Below, one piece after another: positions 53,436-63,537 of a DNA stretch of 64,000 bases. The notes beneath the pieces are model-generated. The model was not told the DNA's origin. It did not search any database and was given only the letters and a program-made list of their open reading frames with translations. Numbering within the stretch: position 1 is the stretch's first letter; each line of letters opens with the position of its first letter. Both the position numbers and the translations under genes were made by a program. The DNA is taken from positions 832,001 through 896,000 of the forward strand of contig CAVQKE010000004.1 of assembly GCA_963713045.1 (NCBI GenBank). Direction: 5' to 3'. Source of the stretch: an uncultured delta proteobacterium. Lineage in GTDB: Bacteria; Myxococcota; Myxococcia; Myxococcales; Myxococcaceae.

Positions 53436-54457
53436 GGCGGCTCGCCCTCCCGGAGGCTCTCCACCGCCACCCGTAAGTCCAGCGGCACGGGCGCCTCGAA
53501 GCACTGCCAGGCGCCGGTGCGCGGGTGGGGAAAGGCGAGCCGCCAGGCATGCAGCGCCTGGCGCCCGAGCGCCGTTTGCACGGCCTTCACGCGCGCGTCA
53601 CCCCGGCGCGTACCGCCGTACAGTGAATCTCCCAGAAGCGGGTGGCCAGCCTCGGCGAGGTGCACGCGAATCTGGTGCGTGCGCCCGGTGAGGAGTTCCA
53701 CCTGCAGAAGCGCCGCGCCGTGCAGCCATTCAAGAACGCGGTATTCGGTAAGCGCCGGCTTGCCGGTCACCAGCCGGCCGGTGAAGCGCTGACGGTGGCG
53801 CGGGTGCCGCCCATAGGACGTCTGAAGGCGAGCCGACTTGGGGGGTTGTCCGTGGACGAGGGCAAGGTACGTCTTCTGCACCTGACGCGCCTTGAAGGCC
53901 GCCTGCAGGGCCGTCAGGGCATTGTCGCTCTTCGCCACCACCAGGCACCCCGACGTGTCCTTGTCGAGGCGGTGGACCAAGCCCGGGCGCAGGCTGCCCC
54001 CCACGCCCCGAAAGTCTCCCACGTGGTGCAACAGCGCATTCACCAGCGTCCCACGCGTGTGGCCCGCCGCCGGATGGACCACCATCCCAGCTGCCTTGTC
54101 CAGCACCAGCAGGTCACGGTCCTGAAAGAGGACGCTGAGCGGGAGGTCCTCAGGCTGCGGGTGGGCTGGCGCTGGAGAGGGAACGATGACTTCCACCCGC
54201 TCCCCGCCCGCCACCCGAGTCGAGCTTTTGGCCACCCGTCCGTCAACTCGCGCGTGTCCCTCCCGAATCAGGGCTTGAAGCCGAGCGCGACTCAGCTCCG
54301 GGAAGGCCTCGACCAGAGCTTGGTCGAGGCGGCGCCCGCGCGCCGATGCCGGCAGCTGGGCCACTCGCTGAGTGGAATTTCCCGGCTCCTCTCGGGTGGA
54401 GGCCTGTCGACGCGCTTTGTGGCCAGCGGAGGGCGGTCGGGGAATGGCCGCTACCAA
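53432..54457 (-). CDS. rluD: RluA/RluD-family 23S rRNA pseudouridine synthase
   Basis: S4 domain RLDQAL, KAAGMVVHP, HRLDKDTSG, TGRTHQIRVH, QALHA. Start uncertain. Confidence 0.93.
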   Translation of the reverse strand: MVAAIPRPPSAGHKARRQASTREEPGNSTQRVAQLPASARGRRLDQALVEAFPELSRARLQALIREGHARVDGRVAKSSTRVAGGERVEVIVPSPAPAHPQPEDLPLSVLFQDRDLLVLDKAAGMVVHPAAGHTRGTLVNALLHHVGDFRGVGGSLRPGLVHRLDKDTSGCLVVAKSDNALTALQAAFKARQVQKTYLALVHGQPPKSARLQTSYGRHPRHRQRFTGRLVTGKPALTEYRVLEWLHGAALLQVELLTGRTHQIRVHLAEAGHPLLGDSLYGGTRRGDARVKAVQTALGRQALHAWRLAFPHPRTGAWQCFEAPVPLDLRVAVESLREGEPP

Positions 54458-54714
54458 ATTTTGGATTTCACGTGGGCCTTCCCTCGGACGATGATGTCCA
54501 CCACGGCCCGCTCGAAGAAGTTGGTGCCGCTGAAGACCTCCGGGCTGACCCGACTGCGGTAGAGGTCTCGACCCTCGTCGAGCTCGCCCTTCAGCACGTC
54601 AAAAAGGTTGTCCTGCTCGATGCCCTTGACGATTTTCTGCTCGTTGTAGAGCGAAATGTCGGAAGCGATGGCACGGGCGAGCCGCTGGGCCTTGGTGCGC
54701 TCTTCGTCAGTCAT
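54451..54714 (-). CDS. romX: Small protein, RomX-like (myxobacterial polarity module)
   Basis: 87 aa AQRLARAIASDISLYN..ELDEGRDLYRSRV..NFFERAVVDII. Size, sequence and position between a J/HTH gene and rluD fit my recollection of the romX locus. Confidence 0.65.
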   Translation of the reverse strand: MTDEERTKAQRLARAIASDISLYNEQKIVKGIEQDNLFDVLKGELDEGRDLYRSRVSPEVFSGTNFFERAVVDIIVRGKAHVKSKIW

Positions 54715-54733
54715 CGGTCGATTCTCTCTTTTC

Positions 54734-55627
54734 TCACGGTTGGGGCCGCCCTGACCGTGCTGCCAACAGCAGATAGCTCTTACTGACCCGAGCCGCGTCG
54801 AGCTTCAATTCGCGCGCCAGGTTCATCAGGATGCCTCGAAGGTACACCGAAGGCGGCAGGTCCGCGTAGCGGTCGGCCTCGACGCGCTCCAGATGCGAGC
54901 GGCCGATGCGCGTCCGCTCGGCAACCTGTTGCAAAGTCAGCCCTCGGGCCTCTCGGACTTGGCGCAGCAGCTCCCCATTAAACTCCACGTCCGGCGGAAG
55001 CTCCGGCATTCGCGGGCGCTCCTGTGGCGGCGCAGCCAGGGACTCGGGGGCAGCCTCGCGCTCGCCTGGGGTCCTCGGCGCAGCTGGCGCGGCCCGTGGC
55101 GAGACAGCGTCGGGAGGCGAGACGCTGGGAGAAGGCAGGCCCGGCGGCCTCTGGGCGAAGGGGCGACCGAAGGCGCGCGACGTCCCCCGCCCTGGGGCGT
55201 CGAGCGGCAAGGAGGCTTGCGCCCGCTCGACGGGCGCTTGCGTCGGGGTGGCTTCAAGGCGGGCCGACTCGGTGCGCGGGTAAGGACCTGCGGAGAGTCC
55301 CTGCCCGTCGGCTTCGGCGAGCTGCGTCTCCTCTTCGTCCTCGTCCTCATCCCAAAGCCGGTCGCCTTCGGCCGGGGCCTCCGCCTCCAGGCCGAGCATC
55401 CGGTCGTAGCCAGCACGCGCGGCCGGGTCGAGCAACACCCGCGCCGCCTCCTGGAGCCGGCGGCGCAGCGCCTCAGCTTGTTCCTCGTCGGCCAGCGCGT
55501 ACAAGGCCACCGAGTCGGGGGCACACGCCTCCAACTCCCGGCGCAGGGCAGCGCGTACCTCTTCAGCGGGCGCGGACCGCTGCACCTCCAGAAGCTCGTA
55601 GTACGTCTGTTCGCGGAAAGACTTCAT
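54734..55627 (-). CDS. J-like domain plus C-terminal RodZ-type HTH protein
   Basis: YYELLEV..APD..LLDPAARAGYD; C-terminal [31 protein letters not shown]. Confidence 0.8.
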   Translation of the reverse strand: MKSFREQTYYELLEVQRSAPAEEVRAALRRELEACAPDSVALYALADEEQAEALRRRLQEAARVLLDPAARAGYDRMLGLEAEAPAEGDRLWDEDEDEEETQLAEADGQGLSAGPYPRTESARLEATPTQAPVERAQASLPLDAPGRGTSRAFGRPFAQRPPGLPSPSVSPPDAVSPRAAPAAPRTPGEREAAPESLAAPPQERPRMPELPPDVEFNGELLRQVREARGLTLQQVAERTRIGRSHLERVEADRYADLPPSVYLRGILMNLARELKLDAARVSKSYLLLAARSGRPQP

Positions 55628-56640
55628 GTCGAAGCTGGCTTCGGGTCCAGCGCGACCAGTCGCGAAGCCACCACGGTGATTTGCCGGGCCGCTTCGGAGT
55701 CCGGAGTCTCGACCAGCAGCGCCCGCCGTTTGCGCACTGCGCGCCAGGCCGCGTCGTCGTAGGGGATGCCCCCCAGGTAGTCCATCTCCAGTCCAAAAAA
55801 CTTCTTCCAGGCTGAGGCGACAGCCGGCCCCACGGACTCATCCGCCGGGGCGCGCACTTGGTTGACCACCAGCTTCACCCGGTAAGCCTGAAGCGACATC
55901 GCCAGGGCATCGGCGGCGGCGCTGTCCGTCGCTCGCACGTGCGCCACCACCTCGGCGGGAGTGCGCAGCGCGCTGTCCCGGCTTCCCAAGGCACCCTCGG
56001 CCAGCTGCTCCACGCCCAACTCACGCGCCAGTTGCTGCAGACGGCGAAAGAGGGAGGCTTTGAGGAAGCGGTAGGTATTTTCGACGGACGTCGGCTCCGG
56101 CAACACCACCAGAATGCCGTGGTCGGCGAGCAGGAAGAAGTCCAGGGTGTGCACCCCGGTTCCTGCGCCGAGGTCCAACAGAAGGTAGTCGACGTCCTGC
56201 GCCTGGAGTTCCTCGAGGAGCTTGGCGCGTACCTTGGCCCGAGGATTGGCGGCATCCAGCGCGTCCAAGGCCCCCGAAACCAGCGTCAGGCGTTCAATGC
56301 CGGTGGGCACGGCCAGCTTTGCCAGTGGGACGCCGCGGAGCACGAAGTCTGACAGGGTGGCAGCCGGCTGCGGCACTCCGAGGCAGGTGTGCAGGTTGGC
56401 GCCCCCGAGGTCGGCATCGACCAGCAACACCGTATGTCCGGCTCGGGCGAGCGCGATGCCGACGTTGGCCGCCACCAGGCTTTTGCCGATGCCGCCTTTG
56501 CCACCGCCGAAGGCGACGATGCGACGCGCGCGACGGCTGGTCGGCGTCAGGGGGGGAGCCGCCGGGCCCTCGAGGCCAACCCCGCCCCGAGCGGGGCGCC
56601 CGCGCAAGTCAACGACGTTGTTCAGCCCGAAGCGTTTCAC
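55624..56640 (-). CDS. MinD/FlhG-family P-loop ATPase
   Basis: Deviant Walker A GGKGGIGKS, VDADLGGANL, LLDLGAG, PEPTS. Confidence 0.88.
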   Translation of the reverse strand: MKRFGLNNVVDLRGRPARGGVGLEGPAAPPLTPTSRRARRIVAFGGGKGGIGKSLVAANVGIALARAGHTVLLVDADLGGANLHTCLGVPQPAATLSDFVLRGVPLAKLAVPTGIERLTLVSGALDALDAANPRAKVRAKLLEELQAQDVDYLLLDLGAGTGVHTLDFFLLADHGILVVLPEPTSVENTYRFLKASLFRRLQQLARELGVEQLAEGALGSRDSALRTPAEVVAHVRATDSAAADALAMSLQAYRVKLVVNQVRAPADESVGPAVASAWKKFFGLEMDYLGGIPYDDAAWRAVRKRRALLVETPDSEAARQITVVASRLVALDPKPAST

Positions 56641-56690
56641 CGGTGGCGCCTTCCAAGTCTAGAGGAGCCCGACCACCCGGCGCCAGGAAG

Positions 56691-57287
56691 TCACCCGTCG
56701 CGCAGCTCGACGTTCCAGTAGCTCGCGTCGGACAGCGAGAGAAAGGGCTGCCATTCGCGGTAACTCACGCGCCGCACTGCCCCCCGGAAGAGCGGCGTCC
56801 AACGGGGCCGCAACGGCCGACCAAGGAGCATCATCCCAGCCTGCTCGGGGGTCCGCCCACCCTTTCGCAGGTTGCAGGGGAGGCAGCTGCACACCACGTT
56901 TTCCCAGGTGGTGCGGCCGCCGTGGGCCCGCGGGACCACATGGTCGAGGTTCAGCTCGCTGCGCGGCAGCGTCCGCGCGCAGTATTGGCAGGTGTCGCGG
57001 TCGCGAGCGTAAATGTTCACCCGACTAAAGCGCACTCTGCCCTTCGGCAGGTGGTCGTAGGCCGTCAACACCACCACCCGGGGCACGCGCAGCGTCCGTT
57101 GCACGGTGCTGACGCTGTCATGGCCTGCCGCGCTGAGGGCAGACCAGTTGACAAAGTCATACAGCTGGAACTGGTCGTCCAGCGCCTTGGCCACCCCTTG
57201 GTAGAGGAGCACGAAGGCGCGTCGGACCGACGTTACGTGCACCGGGCGGAAGGAGCGGTTGAGAACGAGCGCGTGGGTGTTGAGCAT
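56691..57287 (-). CDS. HNH endonuclease (McrA-like)
   Basis: LVLN, RDRDTCQYC, DHVVPRAHGG.TTWENVVCSCLPCN..KG. Confidence 0.9.
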   Translation of the reverse strand: MLNTHALVLNRSFRPVHVTSVRRAFVLLYQGVAKALDDQFQLYDFVNWSALSAAGHDSVSTVQRTLRVPRVVVLTAYDHLPKGRVRFSRVNIYARDRDTCQYCARTLPRSELNLDHVVPRAHGGRTTWENVVCSCLPCNLRKGGRTPEQAGMMLLGRPLRPRWTPLFRGAVRRVSYREWQPFLSLSDASYWNVELRDG

Positions 57288-57295
57288 GAGGAGCT

Positions 57296-58681
57296 TCAGA
57301 GCATCCGGGCAGCGGCCGCCACCGCCTGGGCAAGGCGTTCCAACTGCAGGTCGGCGATGCAGCGTACGTCGAGGAGGAGACGTCCTTCTGCAATGCGCCC
57401 CACCACGGCTGGGTCCCCCTCGCGCAGCCGCGACAGCAGCGCCTCGGCGTCTCCCGACAGGGCACAGGCAAAGGAGGAAAGCCGTGCCAGCGGCAAAGTG
57501 CCCCCACCGGCCTGCCCCTCGACGGCAAGCACTTCCGAGGCGACTCGCTGGTTGTCCAGTGCCTTCTGAAGTCTCTCGGCGCGATGGTGAAGCGTGGCCG
57601 CTGGCTGCGACAACAGGGCGCGCGCCGGAACGGCATCCGCCTGGCCGTCCCGGTAGAGGGCGAGCGTCGCTTCCAAGGCGGCGACCGTCATCTTGTCCAC
57701 CCGGAGCGCCCGGTGCAGGGGGTGGTTGCGCAGTCGGGCGACCAGAGGGGAACGGCCGACGATGATTCCCGCCTGAGGCCCTCCGAGTAGCTTGTCGCCG
57801 GAGAAGGCCACCAAGTCCGCTCCGGCTTCGACGTGGTCGCGCATCGTTACCTCGACGCCGAGACCTGGAACGTCCAAGGGAAGCAGGTGGCCGGAACCGG
57901 CGTCCACAAAGAGCGGGAGCCCGCGCGGGGCGCAGAGGGGGACCAACTCGGCGACCGAGGCCTCCTCGGTGAAGCCGACCAAAGCGAAGTTGGACCGGTG
58001 CACTTTCGCCACCAGGCCGGTGTTCTCACCCAGCGCCTGCTCATAGTCCGAGCGCCGCGTGCGGTTGGTGGTGCCAACCTCCACCAGCGTGGCGCGGGAC
58101 TGGCGCATCACGTCCGGAATCCGGAAGCCGCCGCCAATCTCCACCAATTCCCCGCGCGAGACGACCACCTCCCTGCCCTCGGCCAGCGCGGTCAAGACGA
58201 GGAGGGTCGCCGCCGCACAGTTGTTGACCACCAGCGCGTCCTCGGCCCCGGTGAGGCGGCAGAGGGACTCCACCACCGGGGCAAATCGGGACCCACGCTC
58301 GCCGTCCAGAAGGTCGAATTCCAGGTTGCAGTACCCTTCGGAGATGAGCGAAACCTGAGCGCGGGCCGCCGCTGGAAGGGGGGCCCGTCCCAGGTTGGTG
58401 TGCAACACCACGCCCGTGGCGTTGAGGACCGGCCGAAGCTTCGGCTGTTCCAGACGCGCCAGGGCGCGGTGCACCTCGGAGACGTCGAATGGATGACCGT
58501 CGGCGCTTCGAAGCCGGGCACGCGCTCCGGCCAGGGCCACCCGCACGGCCTCCACCACCCGGGGACGCGGGTGCTCCGCCAAAGCAGCGGCGAGCTCGGG
58601 CAAAGCGAGGACCTTGTCCACCGACGGCAGCGCGCGCCGTCGTTCGTTGGCCCGAGGGCCGCTCGCGGAACGGATGCTCAT
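57296..58681 (-). CDS. selA: L-seryl-tRNA(Sec) selenium transferase
   Basis: NATGVVLHTNLGRA, VNNCAAA, SRGELVEIGGGFR, EVGTTNRT, FSGDKLLGGPQAG, RALRVDK. Confidence 0.95.
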   Translation of the reverse strand: MSIRSASGPRANERRRALPSVDKVLALPELAAALAEHPRPRVVEAVRVALAGARARLRSADGHPFDVSEVHRALARLEQPKLRPVLNATGVVLHTNLGRAPLPAAARAQVSLISEGYCNLEFDLLDGERGSRFAPVVESLCRLTGAEDALVVNNCAAATLLVLTALAEGREVVVSRGELVEIGGGFRIPDVMRQSRATLVEVGTTNRTRRSDYEQALGENTGLVAKVHRSNFALVGFTEEASVAELVPLCAPRGLPLFVDAGSGHLLPLDVPGLGVEVTMRDHVEAGADLVAFSGDKLLGGPQAGIIVGRSPLVARLRNHPLHRALRVDKMTVAALEATLALYRDGQADAVPARALLSQPAATLHHRAERLQKALDNQRVASEVLAVEGQAGGGTLPLARLSSFACALSGDAEALLSRLREGDPAVVGRIAEGRLLLDVRCIADLQLERLAQAVAAAARML

Positions 58682-58741
58682 CTCGAAGGCAAACTCTAGG
58701 CGGCACAGACGCGTCTCGCCAACCGGTGCAATGCCGCTGGC

Positions 58742-61027
58742 TCAGCGCTGGGGTGGCGGGCTGGCCCTTGCCTGTGGCGCCTCCGGCCAACCCACCTGCA
58801 GCGAGCTTGAGAGCTGGGGCCCACCGAGAAGGCGGTAGGTGTTGTAGCTGCGCAGCACCCGCTTCACGTAGCCACGCGTTTCCGCCAATGGAATCTCTTC
58901 GACGAAGGCATCGACGTCGAGTCCACTGCGGGCTGCGCGCCAATGGTCGACGCTGGAAGCTCCCGCGTTGTAGCTCGCCAGGGCGTACACCGGGTTTCCA
59001 CCAAAGCGTGCCAGCAGCCGACCCAGGTAGGCGGCCCCCAGCTGAATGTTCAGGGCCGGGTCGAAAAGTCCTTCCGAGGAAGGCTTCCCGAGGCGCAGCT
59101 CCCGCGCCACGGCCTCGGCGGTCGGCAGCATCAGCTGGGTGAGGCCGAGCGCCCCGGCCCAAGAAAGCGCGCGCGGGTCGAGTGCGCTCTCCTCGCGCAT
59201 CAGCGCCTGAAGGAGGTCCGGGTCGACGTGAGGAGACTTGCAGTAGCGCTCCACCAAGTCGCGGTAGGCCCTGGGGTAGGCCGCCTCCCAGACGTCCCGG
59301 AATTCGGGCACCACTGGGCCCTTCAGCGCCCAGCCGAGCTCGCTTCGCGCCAGCGCCTGGGCAGCACGGAGGTCACCGGTCCGAGCGAGCGCCTGCACCA
59401 GCACCCGCGTCACGTCCCGCGGCTGCTGGCTTCGGGGGACGGCCAAAAATTCTTGGCTGGCAGCCTCCGAGAAGCCGAGTGCACTGAGCTGCATCGCGGC
59501 GCGGTAGTGCGCGTTGCGCGGCAATTCCCCTGCGTCGACGCGTGTGGGTTCAGGCGTGGGCCAGGAGGCCATCGCCTGCTGCGCCAATGGCAGAGAGGCG
59601 GCCGGGTCGCGCTCAGCCAGGCGGGTCCGGGCCAGAAGCCCGTAGTAGGTGGTGGGGTGCGCGCGCGCGAGCGCGGTCCAGACACCAGTTGCCGAGGCTC
59701 GGTCGCCTTGAGAGTCGAGCACCCGGCCCCGCCAGTAGCGCGCACGCTCAACGTCATAGGAGTCCGGCGCCTGGGCGAAGAGGTCCTCGATGCGGTCCAG
59801 CGCCGCCAAGGCCGCCTGGTCGTCCTCCAGCCGGTGGTGAAGCCAAAACGTCTTGAAGAGCGCCTCGCCGGCGAAGTCCCCGTCGGGGTAGCGCCTGGCC
59901 ACCGCCTCGAGGCCGGCGAGGGCGCCGGCGATGTCCCCGCCCGCGGCCCGCAGGTCGGCGGCGAGGTACAAGGCGTCGTCGGCGTAAGGGTGTTGGGGGA
60001 ACTGCTGCGCCAGCATGTCGTAAGTGGCCACCGCCGCCTCGGGGCGGACGACGGCCTGTGATGTCCCCAGCAAATAAAGCGCTCGAACGCGGACGTCCGG
60101 GTCCGTGCAGCCGGACACCACGGGCGCAAGGACCCGCTCCACCTCCGCGTGGCGCCGCTCCTTGCGCAACGCCCGTCCCCGGGCGAGCTGCGCCCGGCAA
60201 CCCAGCGGGTCCGGAGGCGCCAGCCGTAACACCTCAAGCAGCCGTAAGGCCTCCGCGCTGCGGTGCAAGTCCAGCAGCGCCTCGGCGCGTTCTACCTGTG
60301 CCGCGGGGGCAAGGTGCCCAGCGAGCCGCCGCTCGGCTTCCGCCGAAAAGCCGGAGCGCGGATGGCGCGTCCAAAGCAGCAGCAACTCGGCGCGCTCGGC
60401 CAGGCCATCCCGTTGGTCGCGGGCCAGCTCAGCCCGCAGCAGCAGCGCCTCGGCCGCGACGTCCTTGCCGGTGGCAGGCGCGGCCCCCGAGGCCAGAGGG
60501 GCAAGCGACGCCGATGCGCCAGCGAGGTTTCCCATGCGTCGCAGCACCCTCGCCAGCCCGAGCCGGGCCTCGCTCGACACCAGCGAGTCCTCGGGAACGC
60601 TGGCAAACAGCCGGTGGGCCGCCACCAGGTCCCCCAACTCCTCTCGCGCCAGCGCCGCATACAGCGCGCAGCGGTCCGCCACCGCCGGAAGCCGGGCCGA
60701 CAGCCGTTCCATGGTGGCCGCCAGCTCGGCCGACGGCGTCAGCCGTAGGCCAGCCAGCGTCCGGAGGAAGAGGACTTCGAGCTCGTTGGGAAGGGCGGCC
60801 AACAGCCGGAGCGCTGTCGCGGGCTGGCCAGCTTCGAGGGCAGCCGCTGCGTCGGCTTTCGCTCCGACCGCCGGCGAAGGGAGGAGGTCCGCCAGCAGGG
60901 TGAGGCGGGTCGGTGGGGCCTGAAAAGCTGGAAATGCTGGATTTTCTAGTTCCAACACGTCCGAGGCAGAACTCGACTGAGGGGCCTGCGCACCGACACT
61001 CCCCGAAAGGAGGAGGACGCATGGCAC
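58742..61027 (-). CDS. Slt-type lytic transglycosylase with TPR superhelix
   Basis: MREES, GALGLTQLM, ASYNAG, EEIP..ETRGYVKRV; TPR-like N-terminus. Start uncertain (about 61027). Confidence 0.9.
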   Translation of the reverse strand: MPCVLLLSGSVGAQAPQSSSASDVLELENPAFPAFQAPPTRLTLLADLLPSPAVGAKADAAAALEAGQPATALRLLAALPNELEVLFLRTLAGLRLTPSAELAATMERLSARLPAVADRCALYAALAREELGDLVAAHRLFASVPEDSLVSSEARLGLARVLRRMGNLAGASASLAPLASGAAPATGKDVAAEALLLRAELARDQRDGLAERAELLLLWTRHPRSGFSAEAERRLAGHLAPAAQVERAEALLDLHRSAEALRLLEVLRLAPPDPLGCRAQLARGRALRKERRHAEVERVLAPVVSGCTDPDVRVRALYLLGTSQAVVRPEAAVATYDMLAQQFPQHPYADDALYLAADLRAAGGDIAGALAGLEAVARRYPDGDFAGEALFKTFWLHHRLEDDQAALAALDRIEDLFAQAPDSYDVERARYWRGRVLDSQGDRASATGVWTALARAHPTTYYGLLARTRLAERDPAASLPLAQQAMASWPTPEPTRVDAGELPRNAHYRAAMQLSALGFSEAASQEFLAVPRSQQPRDVTRVLVQALARTGDLRAAQALARSELGWALKGPVVPEFRDVWEAAYPRAYRDLVERYCKSPHVDPDLLQALMREESALDPRALSWAGALGLTQLMLPTAEAVARELRLGKPSSEGLFDPALNIQLGAAYLGRLLARFGGNPVYALASYNAGASSVDHWRAARSGLDVDAFVEEIPLAETRGYVKRVLRSYNTYRLLGGPQLSSSLQVGWPEAPQARASPPPQR

Positions 61028-61187
61028 GGCGAGCTGCGCTGAATGGAGTGGCACGGTGGCGAACAGCGCACAGCATGCAGGAGCTGCTACAGCTTGTCCA
61101 AGTGGCCACCGCGGCACGGCTGCCAGGCAGGGAACGGGGCAGACCGGACGGGGCGGCGCTACACTCGCACGTTGGGGACAACCCACC

Positions 61188-63374
61188 TTGGACGTCCGCA
61201 CCCAAACCGCGCTGCTCGCCTCCATCGTCGCCACGGCGCTGGGGCTGTCGATGGTGCTTCGTCCACACCACGCCCGGGTGGTGACGGCCTACTCGCTGTT
61301 CGCCTTCAGTGTGGCCGGCTTCTACCTGTTTACCTTTCTCGAGTCGGTGTGCCTCAGCAACGGGCTCCTCGGCTGGCCGGAGCGCATCAGCCTCGGCGCG
61401 AGGCTACTCGCTGGCGTCCTCGTCCCAAGTGCTGCCTTGGCGTTTTTCTTGGAGTTTCTGGGCGGCGGCAGCGCTGGCCGAAGGACCAGCCGTCGGGTGG
61501 CGACGCTGAGTGGAATTCTTGGACTCGGCGTGGCGGTGAGCCCGCTTGCCCGCTCCTGGTGGGGGGGCGGCCTGGTGATGGTGTGGGGCGCCGGGGCGCT
61601 TCTTGGCTCCGTCTCCCTTCTGGTGTGGCGCATTCGGCAGAGCGACTCGCGGACCGAGCGTGCCCGGCTGGCCTATCTCGCCATCGGTGCCGCCGCGTCC
61701 CTCTTCTTCTCGGGGCTCGACCTTTTAGGTGTCCTGGGCGTGCCGGTTCCGACCCTCGGCCCGGTGGTGACGACGCTGTACCTCTTCTTCCTCGCACAGA
61801 CGCTCCTGCGCCTGCGGCTGATGGACCTCCATGAGTTGCTTGGGAAGGTGGCTAGCCAAAGCGTCCTGGCGGTGATGCTGGCGGCGGTGTTTCTGGTGTT
61901 GACTGCCTGGGTGAAGGAGCGCGAGTCGCTCTTCGTCTTCAACACCATCCTCGCTGCCTTTGTCATCGGCATCCTGCTCGAGCCGCTCAGGGCCAAGGTG
62001 GACCAGCAGGTGGTCCACATCTTCTTCCGCGAGCGCAGCGAGCTGCTGGCCTCGCTGGCGTCATTGCGCGGTCGGCTGGCCAACGTCATCGACGTGGCCG
62101 AGGGGGCGGCGATGACCCTCGACGCCCTCAACGAGACCCGCCGCGTGACGCATGCCTCCCTGTACCTGCTGGCCGAGGACCGCCCCGGCTACCGGCTGTT
62201 GGACCACCGGGGGCCAGCGCCAGTGCCCTTCTTGGACGCCGCCGGGGCACGGGGCCTGCTGGCTGCCGCCAGCAGCGGCGAGAAGGCCCTGCTGCTCGAA
62301 AACCTGGAGCGGCGCATCGAAGAGATGCGCCAGCGGGTCCCCGAGGGCCGCCGTGGCCGAGAGGAACTGCGCCGGATGATGGACACTCGGACGGCACTCG
62401 GTTTGATGAAGGCTGGCATCAGCGTTCCGCTTTCCGGCAATGACCGCGTCATCGGCTTCCTCAACCTCTTCGACGAGCGGGTACCGGAGGCCTACGCCTC
62501 CGATGAAATCGCCATGGTGTTGGATGTCGCCGAGCGGCTGGCGACGGTGGTGGAGAACAGCAAGCTGTACGAAAGGATGCGCGAGCGCGACCGGCTGGCG
62601 GCTCTGGGTGAGATGGCTGCCGGCCTGGCCCACGAAATTCGCAATCCCCTGGGGGCCATCAAAGGCGCAGCCCAGTGCCTCAGCCCGCGAGAGCACACCG
62701 GCGAGGACGCTGAGTTCCTCCAGGTCATCGTCGAGGAGGTCAACCGCCTCAACGGCGTGGTGAGCGAGTTCCTCGACTACGCGCGGCCGATGAAGCAGAA
62801 CTTCGGGGCGACCGATATCAACCAAGTCGTCGCCAGAACCATCCGGCTCTTGCAGAATGAAGTGCCACCCCACCTGACGCTGGACGTGCAGCTTGGCGAA
62901 AACCTCCCTCTGGTGGATGCCGACGCCGAGCAGTTGAAGCAAGTTCTCCTTAACCTCGTCCAGAACGCCATCCAGGCGATGGGCGAGCGGCCGGGGCGCA
63001 TCCGGGTGCAGACGTCTGGACCGGAACGCTTCCAGGACCTGCGTGGCGGTCAGGAATTCGTCGAAGTGGAAGTCGTCGACGAGGGACCCGGCATTCCAAG
63101 CGACCAGCAGCCGCACATTTTCGTCCCCTTCTACACCACCAAACAGACGGGAACTGGACTCGGCCTGGCCATTTGCCAGCGGATTGTGAAGAGCCACGGT
63201 GGCACCATCTCCGTGCAGAGCCGCGCCGGAGAGGGCTCGGCCTTCCTGGTGCGGCTGCCCGGCATTGCGGCTGAGCGCGCGGCGGAGCGGCCTGCCGAGG
63301 CCACGCCGGCACCCGGCGACGTGCAGTTACCGCGCGCCAGCCGCGCCCGGACACGGCGCCAAAATTCGGCCTGA
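61188..63374 (+). CDS. Membrane sensor histidine kinase (multi-TM, GAF, HisKA, HATPase; NtrB/PilS-like)
   Basis: AHEIRNPL, NLVQNA, DEGPGI, PFYTTK..GTGLGL. TTG start at 61188 (MDVRTQ). Confidence 0.92.
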   Translation: MDVRTQTALLASIVATALGLSMVLRPHHARVVTAYSLFAFSVAGFYLFTFLESVCLSNGLLGWPERISLGARLLAGVLVPSAALAFFLEFLGGGSAGRRTSRRVATLSGILGLGVAVSPLARSWWGGGLVMVWGAGALLGSVSLLVWRIRQSDSRTERARLAYLAIGAAASLFFSGLDLLGVLGVPVPTLGPVVTTLYLFFLAQTLLRLRLMDLHELLGKVASQSVLAVMLAAVFLVLTAWVKERESLFVFNTILAAFVIGILLEPLRAKVDQQVVHIFFRERSELLASLASLRGRLANVIDVAEGAAMTLDALNETRRVTHASLYLLAEDRPGYRLLDHRGPAPVPFLDAAGARGLLAAASSGEKALLLENLERRIEEMRQRVPEGRRGREELRRMMDTRTALGLMKAGISVPLSGNDRVIGFLNLFDERVPEAYASDEIAMVLDVAERLATVVENSKLYERMRERDRLAALGEMAAGLAHEIRNPLGAIKGAAQCLSPREHTGEDAEFLQVIVEEVNRLNGVVSEFLDYARPMKQNFGATDINQVVARTIRLLQNEVPPHLTLDVQLGENLPLVDADAEQLKQVLLNLVQNAIQAMGERPGRIRVQTSGPERFQDLRGGQEFVEVEVVDEGPGIPSDQQPHIFVPFYTTKQTGTGLGLAICQRIVKSHGGTISVQSRAGEGSAFLVRLPGIAAERAAERPAEATPAPGDVQLPRASRARTRRQNSA

Positions 63375-63403
63375 GTCCTCGGACACCCGGGTCTGCCCAG
63401 CTT

Positions 63404-63429
63404 GCAAACTTTGCGAGGCAAAAGTTTGC
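63404..63429. promoter_or_regulatory. Inverted repeat, putative enhancer-binding-protein site
   Basis: GCAAACTTT-N8-AAAGTTTGC, about 70-100 bp upstream of a sigma54 motif. Confidence 0.55.
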
Positions 63430-63500
63430 TCCGGATGTGAAGCGACCCTCCGGCTCGCCCCCAACCTGCCGGAGTTGCTGAGACATCTCGGCGGACGGCG

Positions 63501-63516
63501 TGGCGTAGCACTTGCT
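63501..63516 (+). promoter_or_regulatory. Sigma54 (-24/-12) promoter
   Basis: TGGCGT-AGCAC-TTGCT matches TGGCAC-N5-TTGCW with exact spacing, 21 nt before the ATG at 63538. Confidence 0.75.
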
Positions 63517-63537
63517 CAACGCCCGCTTGGCTCCCCT

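Noticed and set aside
56691..57287. HNH nuclease as a mobile or defence element
   Set aside because: It sits in a core operon with host-like composition and has no flanking repeats, methylase or intron context.
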